Below the pieces are notes generated by a model. The model ran no database searches, was not told the origin of the DNA, and worked only from the letters and a program-made list of their open reading frames with translations. 60,423 bases of DNA from a virus (taxonomy: Duplodnaviria; Caudoviricetes): the IMG/VR virus record IMGVR_UViG_3300037470_000309, positions 1 through 60,423 of that record; one strand, given 5' to 3'. The translations under genes and the position numbers were made by a program. Below are positions 47,569-58,485 of this stretch, piece after piece (positions within the stretch are counted from its first letter, which is position 1; each line of letters opens with the position of its first letter).

Positions 47569-50500
47569 TCACCGCTGCATCTCCACTATCGGAATCGGGT
47601 CGTAATAGTCGGCGGCCATCCAGACGGCGGCGCGCTTGTAGTGGACGCCATTGATGAACTTGCGGTACATTTCGTCGGCGGCGCGCTTCCTGGATTTCCG
47701 CCACGGCCCTGCAAATATCCAGTTGCGACGGCCGGGCAGACGAACCACGCCGCGATAGCGCACGTTGACGCCTTCGTTGATATGGATGATGGAATCGCCG
47801 TCGCGGTAGTAGGTCATTCGCTGTTCTCCCGCAGGATGGCGTCACACTGTTCGCAAAGCGGCCCCGCATCGCCGTGATAAATACTGTCCTCTTCGCAGCG
47901 CCCGGTCGGCTCTTCGCACTCGCTGCAAAGCTGGCGCGTGCCGGGATAATGCCGGGCGTTGATGGCCCGGTGTGCGTCCTGCGACAGCTCGCGCCGCTGT
48001 CCGCGATTCCGGCGCTCCATTTCCTCATCGATCCAGTCGCTCATTCGCTGTTCTCCCGCAGGATGGCGTCGATCAGCCGTTGTGCCGCTGCGAATTCCAT
48101 GCGCCGGTTTTCGATGGGAGTAGGCGGGCGGCGTTGCATGGCAGCCTGTTCCATCCGTGCCGCCTCCGATGAAAAGATGCGGCACACGCGGTTCAAGAGA
48201 CTGTCGGATTGCATCTCGGCAAGAACTTCTTCGTCCGTCATTTCTTCCCGTTTCGTCACGGCATCCTCCCCACCGCATCCATGCACTCCCACACCACCCA
48301 GGGTATGAGCACGAAGGCGACGATGACGATCAGCCACCAGTCGGCGGCGGTGTATTTGCGGGGCCGGTCATCCTTGATCCAGTCGGGGTCGTATTGGTTC
48401 ATGTCCGGAACTCCCGGCTGGCATCGCCGTAAACCTCGACCAGCTTTTCGTCGGACCAGTATTCCGGGTGCTCGCGGTCCAGCTTGCGCAGCTCGCCAAC
48501 GGTCATGATTTTCAGCCCGGCCGTGACGGCCTCCTGACACATGAACTCGCCGTACCAGCACGCGGCTGTCAGGCACTTGTTGCAGACCAGAACCTTGTCG
48601 AGGTCGGAGAGGCGGCGGGTCATGACGGGTCTCCCGATTTCTCAACGAAATCAGGGTGGTACTGCAAAAGGAAACCGCGTATAGTGGTGACCTCGTTGCC
48701 GTTCGCGTCCTTGATAAAGTGGTACAGGCGGGCAGGCCACTTGCAGTTGCCGCAGAAGCCTTCGCCGTGCGCGATGCCCCAAGTGAAACCGCTGCCGAGC
48801 ATCTGCGCCGTGAGTCCGGTCTGTTCTTCTCCGCAGTTCAGGCAAGGGTGGTTGTCAATAATGCTCACCTTGCCGTCTTCGGCTCTGTCCATCGGCGGCG
48901 CGGCGAACGGAACGAAATAGGCGTCCAGCGCCGCAATGATGCTTTCAGCAGTGTCTGGTTTCGCTTCGATGAGGTCGCGCCAGTTGAACCGCTCGACGCG
49001 CGCCTCCTCTTCCGTGCACAGGCTCATGACGGACTCCCGGCGAGGCCACAAAAGCCGAGGCGCGGGGCCTCAGGATTTGGCCGCGTCAATAGGTCGAATT
49101 CGCCACTGTCATCGAAGCCCGAATACTCGTACTGCCATCGGTGCCCATCAAACTCGAATGTCCCGTTGTGCGATTTGCGCTCGCGGTCGAAACGCGCATC
49201 CAAGTAGGCTCGGTGTTCCACGCTCTCGCGGTAAATGCGCCGCTCAATCCAAGCGCTGGCACTCCACCGCCACGCCTGGCACAGTGAGGCGATGCACGGC
49301 GTCGATAATGTCCGGCACTCGCCTTCGTTCTCGCGCGGGTTGGACCAGATATCGGGTGAGAGCGTCCTGTGACACGCGCACTGCCGCGCCTCCTCTTCCG
49401 TGCGCAGGCTCATCGTCCCGCCTCCGCTTTGTCCAGAAGCCTGAGCGCGCGGCCGGCCGAGACGGAGCGGCCGCCGGAAAGGGATTGCTCGTCAACGAGA
49501 CACATGAACCGGCTTGCCCACGCGGGCGGTGTGTGCCGTTTTCCATCCTCGGTGAGTCGATAGCCGGTGTAGTCGGCGCGGGCGTTGGGCGCCCCATGAT
49601 CGCAAAGGAACCGGGCGATGGGGCAATCCCACACACGGCCGCAAACCCCGACCTCCGCACGCGGGCTCATCCCCGCCAGCCACGCCCGGAACTTCGCCCT
49701 GGTCAACCGCCTGTCGCTCATGACGCCCTCTCATGGAGAAGGCCATCAATGGCGTCGGCTACGTCGGTGGGGGTGACAGAGCCCATCTGCGCTTTGCCGT
49801 AAGTTGCGGTTTTAAAGAAAATCGCGGATGCAGCATTATTGTTCACACCAAACTCATCGCCATATTTGGAGCTGAAACAGCGGCGCGATGTGATATGGTC
49901 CCACCATCCAATAGCGCATCCCGCCGTTCCGCATCCGGGGTCACAGAACGGCGAACGAAAGTCCCAAAATTCAGCAGCGGCTGGTGTTCGCAGGAAGTCG
50001 CTCAGAAACCCCAGTCGCTGTATCGGCATCATCCGTGCGGCGGCGTCTTTGAGAGCGCCCCCCTTCGGCACGATGCCCTGCCGCGCTTCCCTGAGGATGC
50101 GTTGCGGCTCCGTCTCCTGTACGGTGGTCTGTGGCATGAAGTCGAACATCTCAGTCCTCCTGTTCGTTCGCGAATGCGATGAGCCCGCGCACGCAATCCA
50201 TGCTGTCGATCTGCTGGTTAAGCGCGCGGCGGATTTCGCGTGCGTTCCTGGCAAGTGGCGGCAGCACTTCGGTTTCGAGGAAGCGGGCGAACTCAGCGCG
50301 CGCTTTCGGCGGCAGTTTCATCGCCACGTCGCGCAGGCGTTCGCGGTCGAACAGGGAAACACCGCGCCCGTTGGCATCGCGCGTTTCGAAGTCCACCGAC
50401 CACTTGAACGTAAGCCCGGCGTGTTCGGCGACGACATAGCAGCCGGCCGGCCCGGACAGGCGCACGCTGGCCCCGCCCTCAATCCCGATGGCCTTGTCCC

Positions 50501-52227
50501 ACGGAACCTCGCCGTCATGCAGATGCACGACGGTATCGTTCAGGGCTATCAGGTTGTCCGCTTTATCGACGGCCTCCGCGTATGTCATATCAAAGCGCAT
50601 CTCAGTTCTCCGGTGTGTCGTTGACGGTGCCGGCGATCCTGACCATCCGAACCGCCGGATAATAGGAGCCGTCAGAAAGCCGGTGCGGCCCGCAATGAAC
50701 GGAGCCGATGCACGCTGTCTCTGCCTTGTGTCCGCAGAACGGGCAGACCATCCGTATCTGCTCCGGCTCCATCGGCTTGCCGGTTAAATGGTTGATCGGT
50801 TTCATTCGACGATCCCCAGGTCGAAGAGCCCGCCCTTCACATCCGAGCGGGCATCGTGCAGAATGTCTTCCAACAGCATGACGTAGCGGCCGACGATCCT
50901 CCGGGCCTCAGGGTCCGCAATGGACGCGTGACGGTCGGCGAGGGCGTTGCGGCAGGCCTGCAAATCGTCTCTCATTCCGGCGAGCTGGTCGGCATCATCG
51001 CGGCGGGTATCGGTCCATTTGTAATGCACGCCCATGTCTCACCCCTTCTCCGTGGTATCGTCGCCCGCGATACGCTGGACGAGGGTGCGTGCGATTTCCC
51101 AATTGTGGGCCGCACCCTTCGCCAAGCAGTAGTAGGCTTGCTCTTGGTTGCCCCATTCCGGCGACGTGTAGGACCGCCAGTGGCCGAGAAGGTTGTCCAG
51201 CGCCTCCACCAGCGCCTCGCGGTCCTGCGTGAGCCGGGTGTTTGACTCTTCCAACGCATCCCGTTCCGCGCAGACATCGCCGACGCTCACAATGACCGGC
51301 ATTCCAAATGGCGTTTCGGCGTACAGCGGATTTGTCGGGAAGCTCCGTGCGTCATAATCGAATACGCACGTCATCCGTGGCGTCGGCATCTCACTTCTCC
51401 ATTACAGCGGTATAGGCGGTGCGGACGGCCCGCAGAGTGTCGTGGAAGGCGTCTTTGCAGCCCGCCGCCATATGAACTGACATCGCGTCTTCTGCCCTTG
51501 CCACCGCATCCAGCAGCCCGAGGAACGCCCTTGCGTCCTTCTCCGTCATGGGGCCCGTGAGTTCCTGTTCGCCGTCGTCTGAGACGACAAACCACAAAGT
51601 GCGGTGCTTGGAATCGCCGTAGAAAAATCCGTCCCGTAGCTTCGGCATGGCGGCCTCCTATGCCTCGACCGCGGCGTAAATCACGCTCAGCACATTCGAG
51701 AAGATGTGCTCGGAATGGAGTTCGTCGTTGCGATACACGGCGATGGTCAGCAGGTGCGCCATATGGCCGTCGGTATTGCCCCATTCGATGCTCGTGACGC
51801 CACCGCGCCCGACCTGATAGGATTCGTCACCGTCCTGATTGCAGGCGACATGCACTGCGCGGATTTGCAGCTTCACGCGGTGTTGGTCTGTGATGAAGGC
51901 GGTCATCGGTCCTGCTCCCCTTGAGGTGCGTTAGGTGGTGGTCGGATTGAGCCATGCGCGCACGGCCTCCGGGCTGCCATAGCAGGCGGGCGGCGCGTAG
52001 TTGGCGAGCCACATGCCGTAATCGTGCAGGCACTCGCGGTTGATATGATCGGCGCGGCGAAGGGCTCCCATCAGGTCGTTCGCCAGCACGGCGGTCAGGA
52101 ACGATCCGGGCGGGATGCGGTTTTCGATGTAGCGCTGCATGGCGCCTCGCATGTGCTGCGGGATCAGCCCGCCCGCGTCGTAATCGATCGGCCTGCCGTC
52201 AACGGTGGTGATGGTTGTCTCGGTCAT
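47569..52227 (-). CDS. Leftward early operon of ~16 small hypothetical genes (47569-47817, 47814-48044, 48041-48259, 48256-48402, 48399-48623, 48620-49027, 49024-49413, 49410-49721, 49718-50149, 50151-50600, 50602-50805, 50802-51035, 51039-51389, 51391-51648, 51658-51906, 51931-52227)
   Basis: Chain of ATGA/GTGA-coupled ORFs downstream of pL; many Cys-rich. Confidence 0.65.
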
Positions 52228-52259
52228 CGGTAGCCCCATCGCTGTTGTGCTATGGGGAG

Positions 52260-52300
52260 ACGGTAAGCCAAACTTACCATAGTGTCAAGCGAAACTTACC
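52260..52300 (-). promoter_or_regulatory. pL with operators OL1 (52262-52278) and OL2 (52284-52300)
   Basis: Minus strand TTGACA-17 nt-TACCGT; GGTAAG-N5-CTTACC operator. Confidence 0.8.
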
Positions 52301-52374
52301 TAGGAAGGCAAAAAAAAATGGGCGGTGCCCGACCGCCCCTGAGAATCGCTACCTGCGCGGGCCTGGAAACGTTA

Positions 52375-52782
52375 CTACGTTCTCGCCCGACCGGTAGGGT
52401 GTGATTCCGCACCTTCGGGCGGCGTGCTCTTGTTCGCCAGAGCTTCGATAAGGCTGCTGACCACCCGTCGTTCTCCGGGAGGGAGCATATGATAGGTTGC
52501 AATTGCTTGGGCGTCCTCTTCGGTCATGCCAACCCCCAATGGTTCTCCCTGCCCGTGAATCAGCCAATCTCTGTTGACTGAAAGCAGGTGAGCCAGTCTG
52601 TGCCACTTCTGAGGGCGTGGCAATGGGGCGGGCTTACCTTCGGGTGCGCCGCCTTCCAGTTGCACGATGCGATTGCGGGAAACGCCGATCTTCTTGCCCA
52701 GCTCGGCCTGCGACCAGCCCTTGCGCTTGCGCGCCCAGCGAAGCCGCCCGGCGAATGTTTTTAGCTGTGTCCAGTCGTCCAT
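52375..52782 (-). CDS. CI-like repressor (XRE HTH, no peptidase domain evident)
   Basis: RLRWARKRKGWSQAELGKKIGVSRNRIVQLE; divergent from cro. Confidence 0.85.
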   Translation of the reverse strand: MDDWTQLKTFAGRLRWARKRKGWSQAELGKKIGVSRNRIVQLEGGAPEGKPAPLPRPQKWHRLAHLLSVNRDWLIHGQGEPLGVGMTEEDAQAIATYHMLPPGERRVVSSLIEALANKSTPPEGAESHPTGRART

Positions 52783-52790
52783 AGCCTAAG

Positions 52791-52859
52791 TGTAAGTTCC
52801 GCTTGGCAAAATTTCGCCGTAAGAAACACTTGACGCTGAGGGTAAGTTTGGCTTACCCT
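52791..52859 (+). promoter_or_regulatory. pR with operators OR3 (52791-52807), OR2 (52818-52834), OR1 (52841-52857)
   Basis: TTGACG-18 nt-TACCCT; OR1 is the exact reverse complement of OL1. Confidence 0.8.
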
Positions 52860-52868
52860 GCGCCGGCT

Positions 52869-53096
52869 ATGGACAGCATCGATCACGCACAGATTATCGA
52901 TTTGCCGGATGCAATCGCCCGCGCCGGTGGGACGGCGATGGTCGGACGCGCGTTCGGCATCACATCGCAGGCGGTGTCGCAATGGTCACGGTGCCCGGCT
53001 GACCGGGCACGAAAACTAGCTGAGCTGGCGGGGGTGCATCCCTACCAGATTCGGCCGGACCTGTACGACCCGCCGGCAACCGCCGCGGTGAGCTAA
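52869..53096 (+). CDS. cro: Cro/YdaS-like regulator
   Basis: AGG...FGITSQAVSQW..CP..RA...IRPDLY. Confidence 0.85.
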   Translation: MDSIDHAQIIDLPDAIARAGGTAMVGRAFGITSQAVSQWSRCPADRARKLAELAGVHPYQIRPDLYDPPATAAVS

Positions 53097-53213
53097 TGCA
53101 GCACCGCCTCGACCACCGCCCACACGAAGGCCACCGCTATGACGGCGAGGGTCCATTTGATGATCCAGTTCGGAGGCATGGCGGGCACCTGACCGCACGA
53201 TAGAAGACACACC

Positions 53214-53243
53214 GACCCGCCCCTTCGGGGAGCGGGTCTTTTT
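53214..53243 (+). terminator. Intrinsic terminator (tR1-like)
   Basis: gacccgc-cccTTCGggg-agcgggtc followed by TTTTT. Confidence 0.75.
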
Positions 53244-53364
53244 ACGGCCGGAGCACGAAACGACCCCCAAGGGATGGCGGGTAACTTTGTGGAAAACCTA
53301 CTAGCTGTTGACGCAACAACATACGTTAAGCCGTTGAAACCATTAAGGGTTAGGAGACTTCCCG

Positions 53365-53847
53365 ATGGCAGATAAGACAGACATCACCGTTTCGGTCATG
53401 CCGAAGGTCGAGGAAAAGATCGTCGAGCTTTCCGGGAAGCTGGAACGGATCATGGCGGAGCGCGCCCCGGAGGCGTGGGACGCGGCCTTGGCCGTCGTGC
53501 AGGTCGGGGCCATTCGCAATCTCGTCGTGGGCCTGATCGCAATCGTGATCGCCATCATCGCGTGGACAGTCTTCGCCCGATTGTATCGCAAATGGCGCGA
53601 ATTGGATGGGCCGTGGGCGGTCTATCGGGCCGAATATCACAACTACATGAATTCCTCGGCGAATCGACCCGACAAGCCAACCGCCGGCAAGGGCGGTTTC
53701 GAGGCCAGTGTTGCGGCGGGGTTCTTCGTCATTGGCTTGCTGAGCACGCTCAGTGCCGTAGCTAACCTGTTGAGCGTCTGGACGTGGGTCGCCCTGTTCC
53801 GTCCCGAGCTCGTCATCGCCAAGCGCATTCTCGACGGGGTGCTGTAG
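53365..53847 (+). CDS. Membrane protein
   Basis: RBS AGGAG; two hydrophobic segments. Confidence 0.65.
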   Translation: MADKTDITVSVMPKVEEKIVELSGKLERIMAERAPEAWDAALAVVQVGAIRNLVVGLIAIVIAIIAWTVFARLYRKWRELDGPWAVYRAEYHNYMNSSANRPDKPTAGKGGFEASVAAGFFVIGLLSTLSAVANLLSVWTWVALFRPELVIAKRILDGVL

Positions 53848-54218
53848 CAACCAGCGGGGCGGGGCCATGCACACATCACGACACGCGGACGGGGGCGGTG
53901 GCCCTCCTTTCCTGCGCCCCGGCCCGGATTGCGGAGGTCACGCACAGCCGCGCCAGCACGATGGTTGCCGCAGTGGCGAGCAGGATGAAATCGGATTCGT
54001 CGTCGTGGGTCTGGAAGGGTAGGGGATGAAACCGATACTCAGGCCGGTTTGCTGGATTATTGGACATCGTTGGGCGCGCAGCGGGCATTACGAATGCTGC
54101 TGGCGCTGTGGCGACATTCGCCTGCGGAAATTCACTCGCTTCTATCAACGGATTAACGCGCGGCGGCTTGGCGGCAGACCGCGCAATGATCGTCTGAAAT
54201 TCAAAATCGCTTCCTTGC

Positions 54219-54629
54219 ATGGTGAAAACCATAGCGAGGGAGGGTTCCAACGTGTCGGAAGATCGTTCCGAGAATCCGGAAATGTACACGGCTGATCAGG
54301 TCATAGAGGAAACCCGGCGGATGGTGCGCGAGTGCGCGGCGCCGGCGGAGGGTCTGAGCATCAAGGCCCAGAAGCGGCGGGCGGCGCAGTACATCGGGCT
54401 GACGTTCAACCGCTTGGAAGACCTCTGGTACGGGGAAGCCAAGCCCTCGGTCGAGGAATGGCTGCTTATTCAATGGCGGGCGCGGCAGGCGCGGGAACGT
54501 GCCGAGCGGCGAATGGGGTTGGTCGATGACATACGCCAGAAAGTTAACCGCGCGTTTCCTGATCGAGATGAGCGAGATCACGGGCCGCTTGAGCATATGG
54601 CTCGCCGAAAGCGCCGAGAGGATCGCTGA
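54219..54629 (+). CDS. Putative CII-position regulator
   Basis: HTH-like KRRAAQYIGLTFNRLEDLWYGEA; start uncertain. Confidence 0.5.
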   Translation: MVKTIAREGSNVSEDRSENPEMYTADQVIEETRRMVRECAAPAEGLSIKAQKRRAAQYIGLTFNRLEDLWYGEAKPSVEEWLLIQWRARQARERAERRMGLVDDIRQKVNRAFPDRDERDHGPLEHMARRKRREDR

Positions 54630-54935
54630 CCGCGAACGCTGGCGCCAGCACGGGGGGCGATAGATGCACGGAGTCACCGAACATCGAACACCGGCACGGC
54701 GGGTTTGTCTCCGTCGTGGGCTTACCGGCTTGCCGCGCGGCCGGGGTGTGAAAGCGCGGCAACTTCCCATCCAGAGCTTCGGGCACGTCGCAGTGTCCGG
54801 AGGGCGGCGCCCGTCCCTTCCTCACCGGGCGTCGTCGTCGAGCAACGGCAAGTCTGACGTTGCGTCTCCCTGTGAAACTGCGCCGGGACGTGCTGTACCG
54901 AGTCGCGTCCCGGTTCCTTTCGGCGGGGTGAGGGG

Positions 54936-56111
54936 ATGACGGTACGGGTGATCGAAGGCGATTGCCGGGACGTTCTGCCGACGATGGAGGCGGAGAGCAT
55001 GCATTGCGTCGTTACCTCGCCTCCGTATTTCGGCCTGCGCGATTACGGCGTTGCGGGCCAGATCGGACTTGAGCCGACGCCCGACGAATTCATTGCCGAG
55101 CTGGTGGCTGTGTTCCGTGAGGTTCGCCGCGTGCTCCGCAAGGATGGAACCGTTTGGTTGAACCTGGGGGACTCGTATGCGGCCGGCGGGCACGGCGGTG
55201 GCGGAACCTTCATGAAAATGCGGGGCGGGGACGGCAATCCCGCCACGGGAGCCTGGGCGCACCGGAAGGACAAGAAGGGCTGGCGATCGCCGCCGACGGG
55301 ATACAAGCCAAAAGACCTCTTGATGATCCCCGCCCGTGTCGCGCTTGCCCTACAGGCGGATGGCTGGTGGCTACGGTCTGAAATTATCTGGGCCAAGCCG
55401 AATCCAATGCCGGAAAGTGTAACAGATAGGCCCACTTCGGCACACGAGAAAATCTATCTGCTGACCAAATCCCAGCGGTATTTCTATGACGCGGATGCGG
55501 TGCGGGAAGCCGAGTCGGTTCCTGATTGGGATAACGGAACACGCGTTTTTGGTGGGGCAAATAAACATGGCGCAAACGCGCAACATGGTAGCCGAACGAC
55601 TGGGCGGCTCGCGACAGTGCGGCCTCAACGCGCTCGGGCAATCGAGATTGCTCGGGAAAAAGGTCTGACGGAAGCGCACCTCGCCGCCATACGTGCGGCT
55701 GGCGTGAGCGATACCGGCAAGGCGCAAGTAACGCAATCGGGCTTCGGCAAAAACACACCTGAGATTATCAGGCTCGCATCTGAAGCGAAGGCAGCCCTCG
55801 GGGGGTATTACCGCGAGTTTCTTACGCTGCCAGAAGGTCGCAACCTCCGCAACGTCTGGACCATCGCAACAGCACCATTTTCCGAGGCGCATTTCGCGAC
55901 CTTCCCGCCGGCGCTTGCTGAGCGTTGCATCAAGGCCGGGTGTCCATCGGATGGAACCGTACTGGATCCATTCGGCGGGGCAGGGACCACCGGCCTTGTC
56001 GCGGATCGTCTGAAACGCAACGCCGTCTTGATCGAACTCAATCCGACCTATGCCGCCATGGCCCGCAAGCGGATTGCCGGCGACTGCCCAATGTTCACGG
56101 AGGTTGCATGA
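54936..56111 (+). CDS. N4/N6 DNA methyltransferase (beta class)
   Basis: VTSPPY, HFATFP, VLDPFGGAGTT. Confidence 0.92.
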   Translation: MTVRVIEGDCRDVLPTMEAESMHCVVTSPPYFGLRDYGVAGQIGLEPTPDEFIAELVAVFREVRRVLRKDGTVWLNLGDSYAAGGHGGGGTFMKMRGGDGNPATGAWAHRKDKKGWRSPPTGYKPKDLLMIPARVALALQADGWWLRSEIIWAKPNPMPESVTDRPTSAHEKIYLLTKSQRYFYDADAVREAESVPDWDNGTRVFGGANKHGANAQHGSRTTGRLATVRPQRARAIEIAREKGLTEAHLAAIRAAGVSDTGKAQVTQSGFGKNTPEIIRLASEAKAALGGYYREFLTLPEGRNLRNVWTIATAPFSEAHFATFPPALAERCIKAGCPSDGTVLDPFGGAGTTGLVADRLKRNAVLIELNPTYAAMARKRIAGDCPMFTEVA

Positions 56112-56923
56112 CCGACCTCCTGACCCTCGTCAAGGAGATCAACCACCGCTGGGAGCAGGCCGACCGGCTGGACGGACAAGCCGACGATCACCGTATAGCA
56201 GCCGGGATCAGGCTGGCGGAGGCGCGCGAGATCGTCGGCGATACGGGCTGGCAGAAATGGTGCGCCGAGCACATCCCCGACCGTTCCATCCGTGACGTTT
56301 ACCGGCTGTTGAAGATCGGGCAGGCCGGCGATCCGGAGAAAGCCCTGTCGGACGAACGTGAACAGAACCGGGAAGCGCAGCGCAAATCGCGCGCGAAGGT
56401 GACGCCGCCGCCTGACATGTCAGTCACCCGCAAGCCGGTGGAGCCGTTCCGGCAGGTGCTCGATATCCTTCCAAAGCTCGCGCCCAAGGAGGTCGAGGCC
56501 GTTGCCGAGACCGCCGGCTATCAAATGCGGAAGGCGCTCCCCAAACCGGACGCCTCACCCCGCGATGCATTGATCAAAGCGATAGAGGCGGTTGACGACG
56601 ACACCCTTGCCGACGTGCTGATCCGCATCTTCTGGCACCGGATCGGCGACGTGCTGGCGAGGAAGATCGGAGAGACGGAATCCCCAGCGAAAGCACCGGA
56701 CGACGTTGCGGCTCAGGCGGTGAACCGGCCTGCGGCGGAGTCGGATGCGAGTAGGCCGAGCGGGGGCGGCGGAAACCCCCGCGCCATTCCGGAGCGCCGC
56801 GAGGGGTCGCCAGCCCCCGAAGCCACGCCGACGCCGACTTCCCCCGGCGGCCAAGGCGGAACAGCGGCCCCCGATCCCTACCGGGATGTTCCCGAGATTC
56901 CCGAGTTCGCGAGGCGGGTGTGA
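56108..56923 (+). CDS. Hypothetical protein (DUF3102-like N-terminus)
   Basis: AGIRLAEARE...WQKWCAEH. Confidence 0.6.
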   Translation: MTDLLTLVKEINHRWEQADRLDGQADDHRIAAGIRLAEAREIVGDTGWQKWCAEHIPDRSIRDVYRLLKIGQAGDPEKALSDEREQNREAQRKSRAKVTPPPDMSVTRKPVEPFRQVLDILPKLAPKEVEAVAETAGYQMRKALPKPDASPRDALIKAIEAVDDDTLADVLIRIFWHRIGDVLARKIGETESPAKAPDDVAAQAVNRPAAESDASRPSGGGGNPRAIPERREGSPAPEATPTPTSPGGQGGTAAPDPYRDVPEIPEFARRV

Positions 56924-57123
56924 TGCAGCTTTCGATTCCCATGCCCGCCCAGCCCCGCAACCGCCGCTACGAGCGCGCCTCCACATGGGAGGTGGTCATG
57001 TTCCTGCGGCGGGCGCAATACACCGTCCGGAGGCAGGGCCGGTTGCACAGCGTCAACGGCAAGCGGCTCACGACGTACGAGCTCAAGCGGCTCGCCGGCT
57101 GGGTACGGGGGATGGCCGTATGA
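56923..57123 (+). CDS. Hypothetical protein
   Basis: Coupled ORF. Confidence 0.55.
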   Translation: MQLSIPMPAQPRNRRYERASTWEVVMFLRRAQYTVRRQGRLHSVNGKRLTTYELKRLAGWVRGMAV

Positions 57124-57806
57124 CAAACCCCGTCGTCATCGGCGATTGCGAGCTTTGGCTGGGCGACTGCCTCGAATTGCTCCCGACGCTCGGCAAGGTG
57201 GATGCGGTGGTGACGGACCCGGTTTGGCCGAACTGCCCTGCAGGCCTTTTGCCCGGCGCCGACGACCCGGCGCTGCTGTGGCGCTCGAGCTGGGAGCGGA
57301 TGCCTCAGATGGCGCGCGCCGTCGTCGTCATGCGCCACGATAGCGACCCGCGGTTTCTCGCCCCGGTCTGGCTGCCCTACGCGCGAGCTGTGATCCTGCC
57401 CTACGTCATGCCCGGTTACATCGGGCGGCTCCTTGGCGGCGACGAAATAGCTTACTGCTTCGGCTCGCCGATTCCAAGTCGCGAGGGCCAGCGCGTCATT
57501 CCCGGACGGGCACCGTCAGTCCAGCCTGACGGGCGCAAGGCGAACGGGCATCCCTGCAGCCGCGCATTGAAGCATTTTGAGTTCCTGACGCGCTGGTGGA
57601 GCGAGTCCGGCGAAACCATCCTCGACCCCTTCATGGGCTCCGGCACCACCTTGGTCGCATGCGCCAGACTCGGCAGGTGCGGGATCGGTATCGAGATTGA
57701 AGAACGTTACTTTGAAATCGCCTGCAAACGTGTCGAGCAAGCCTACGCACAACCGGACTTCTTCGTCTCCCGTCCCGCGCCGGCGAAACAGGACTCGCTG
57801 ATATGA
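57120..57806 (+). CDS. Short N4/N6 DNA methyltransferase-like protein
   Basis: GDC, TDPVW (variant motif IV), HP, ILDPFMGSGTT, GIEIEERYF. Confidence 0.85.
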   Translation: MTNPVVIGDCELWLGDCLELLPTLGKVDAVVTDPVWPNCPAGLLPGADDPALLWRSSWERMPQMARAVVVMRHDSDPRFLAPVWLPYARAVILPYVMPGYIGRLLGGDEIAYCFGSPIPSREGQRVIPGRAPSVQPDGRKANGHPCSRALKHFEFLTRWWSESGETILDPFMGSGTTLVACARLGRCGIGIEIEERYFEIACKRVEQAYAQPDFFVSRPAPAKQDSLI

Positions 57807-58057
57807 CCAATACCATCGAAACGCGCCTGCCACGGGACGCAAGGCTGCGGGGTGCGTTGAAGGCCTGCCGCGGGCTGGCGGAGGCGGGAAAGCCGATCAC
57901 GGTAGTCGCAGTCACCGCACGGCTGCGCAGCGAAGGGATCAGCGAAGCCATCGTGCGCATCCGCATGTGGGAGCTGCGCGACCTCGGCTATCTGAAAACA
58001 TCGCGGCCCAACCGATTCGAGCCGACGGTCTGGACGCTTTGCGAGGTCACCGCATGA
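57803..58057 (+). CDS. Small wHTH-like hypothetical protein
   Basis: Coupled ORF; ELRDLGYL. Confidence 0.5.
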   Translation: MTNTIETRLPRDARLRGALKACRGLAEAGKPITVVAVTARLRSEGISEAIVRIRMWELRDLGYLKTSRPNRFEPTVWTLCEVTA

Positions 58058-58485
58058 AGCCGCGCGGCCGCATAGCGTCGATCCAGCAGCTTGTTGCCGA
58101 AGCGTTCGGCGTGTCCCTGCGGCAGATGATGTCCCGCCAGCGCAGCCCGGATTATGTCCGGCCACGCCTCATCGGCATGTACCTGGCCCGCGAGACGACC
58201 GGGCTGCCCTTCCGGCAGATCGGCCGCGCCTTCGATCGGGACCATTCGACGGTAAGCGATGCCCACACCCGGGTCGCCGGATGGATCGAGGCGGAGCCGG
58301 CGCTGCGCCAACAGGTTTCTGCCCTGCGCGCCCAGATCGACGAGCAGTTCGCCGCCGATCTGGATGCCGCGAAGCTGGTCGAGACAATCGCCGGCAAGGT
58401 CACCACCGCCTACCGCGACTGGCTTCTGGATATGGCGAAGCTGGACGGGGAAGAGCTGCTGCGCCGGTTCGGGAGGGAGCCGTGA
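58054..58485 (+). CDS. DnaA C-terminal HTH-like protein
   Basis: IQQLVAEAFGV...PRLIGMYLARE...IGRAFDRDHSTV. Confidence 0.85.
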   Translation: MKPRGRIASIQQLVAEAFGVSLRQMMSRQRSPDYVRPRLIGMYLARETTGLPFRQIGRAFDRDHSTVSDAHTRVAGWIEAEPALRQQVSALRAQIDEQFAADLDAAKLVETIAGKVTTAYRDWLLDMAKLDGEELLRRFGREP

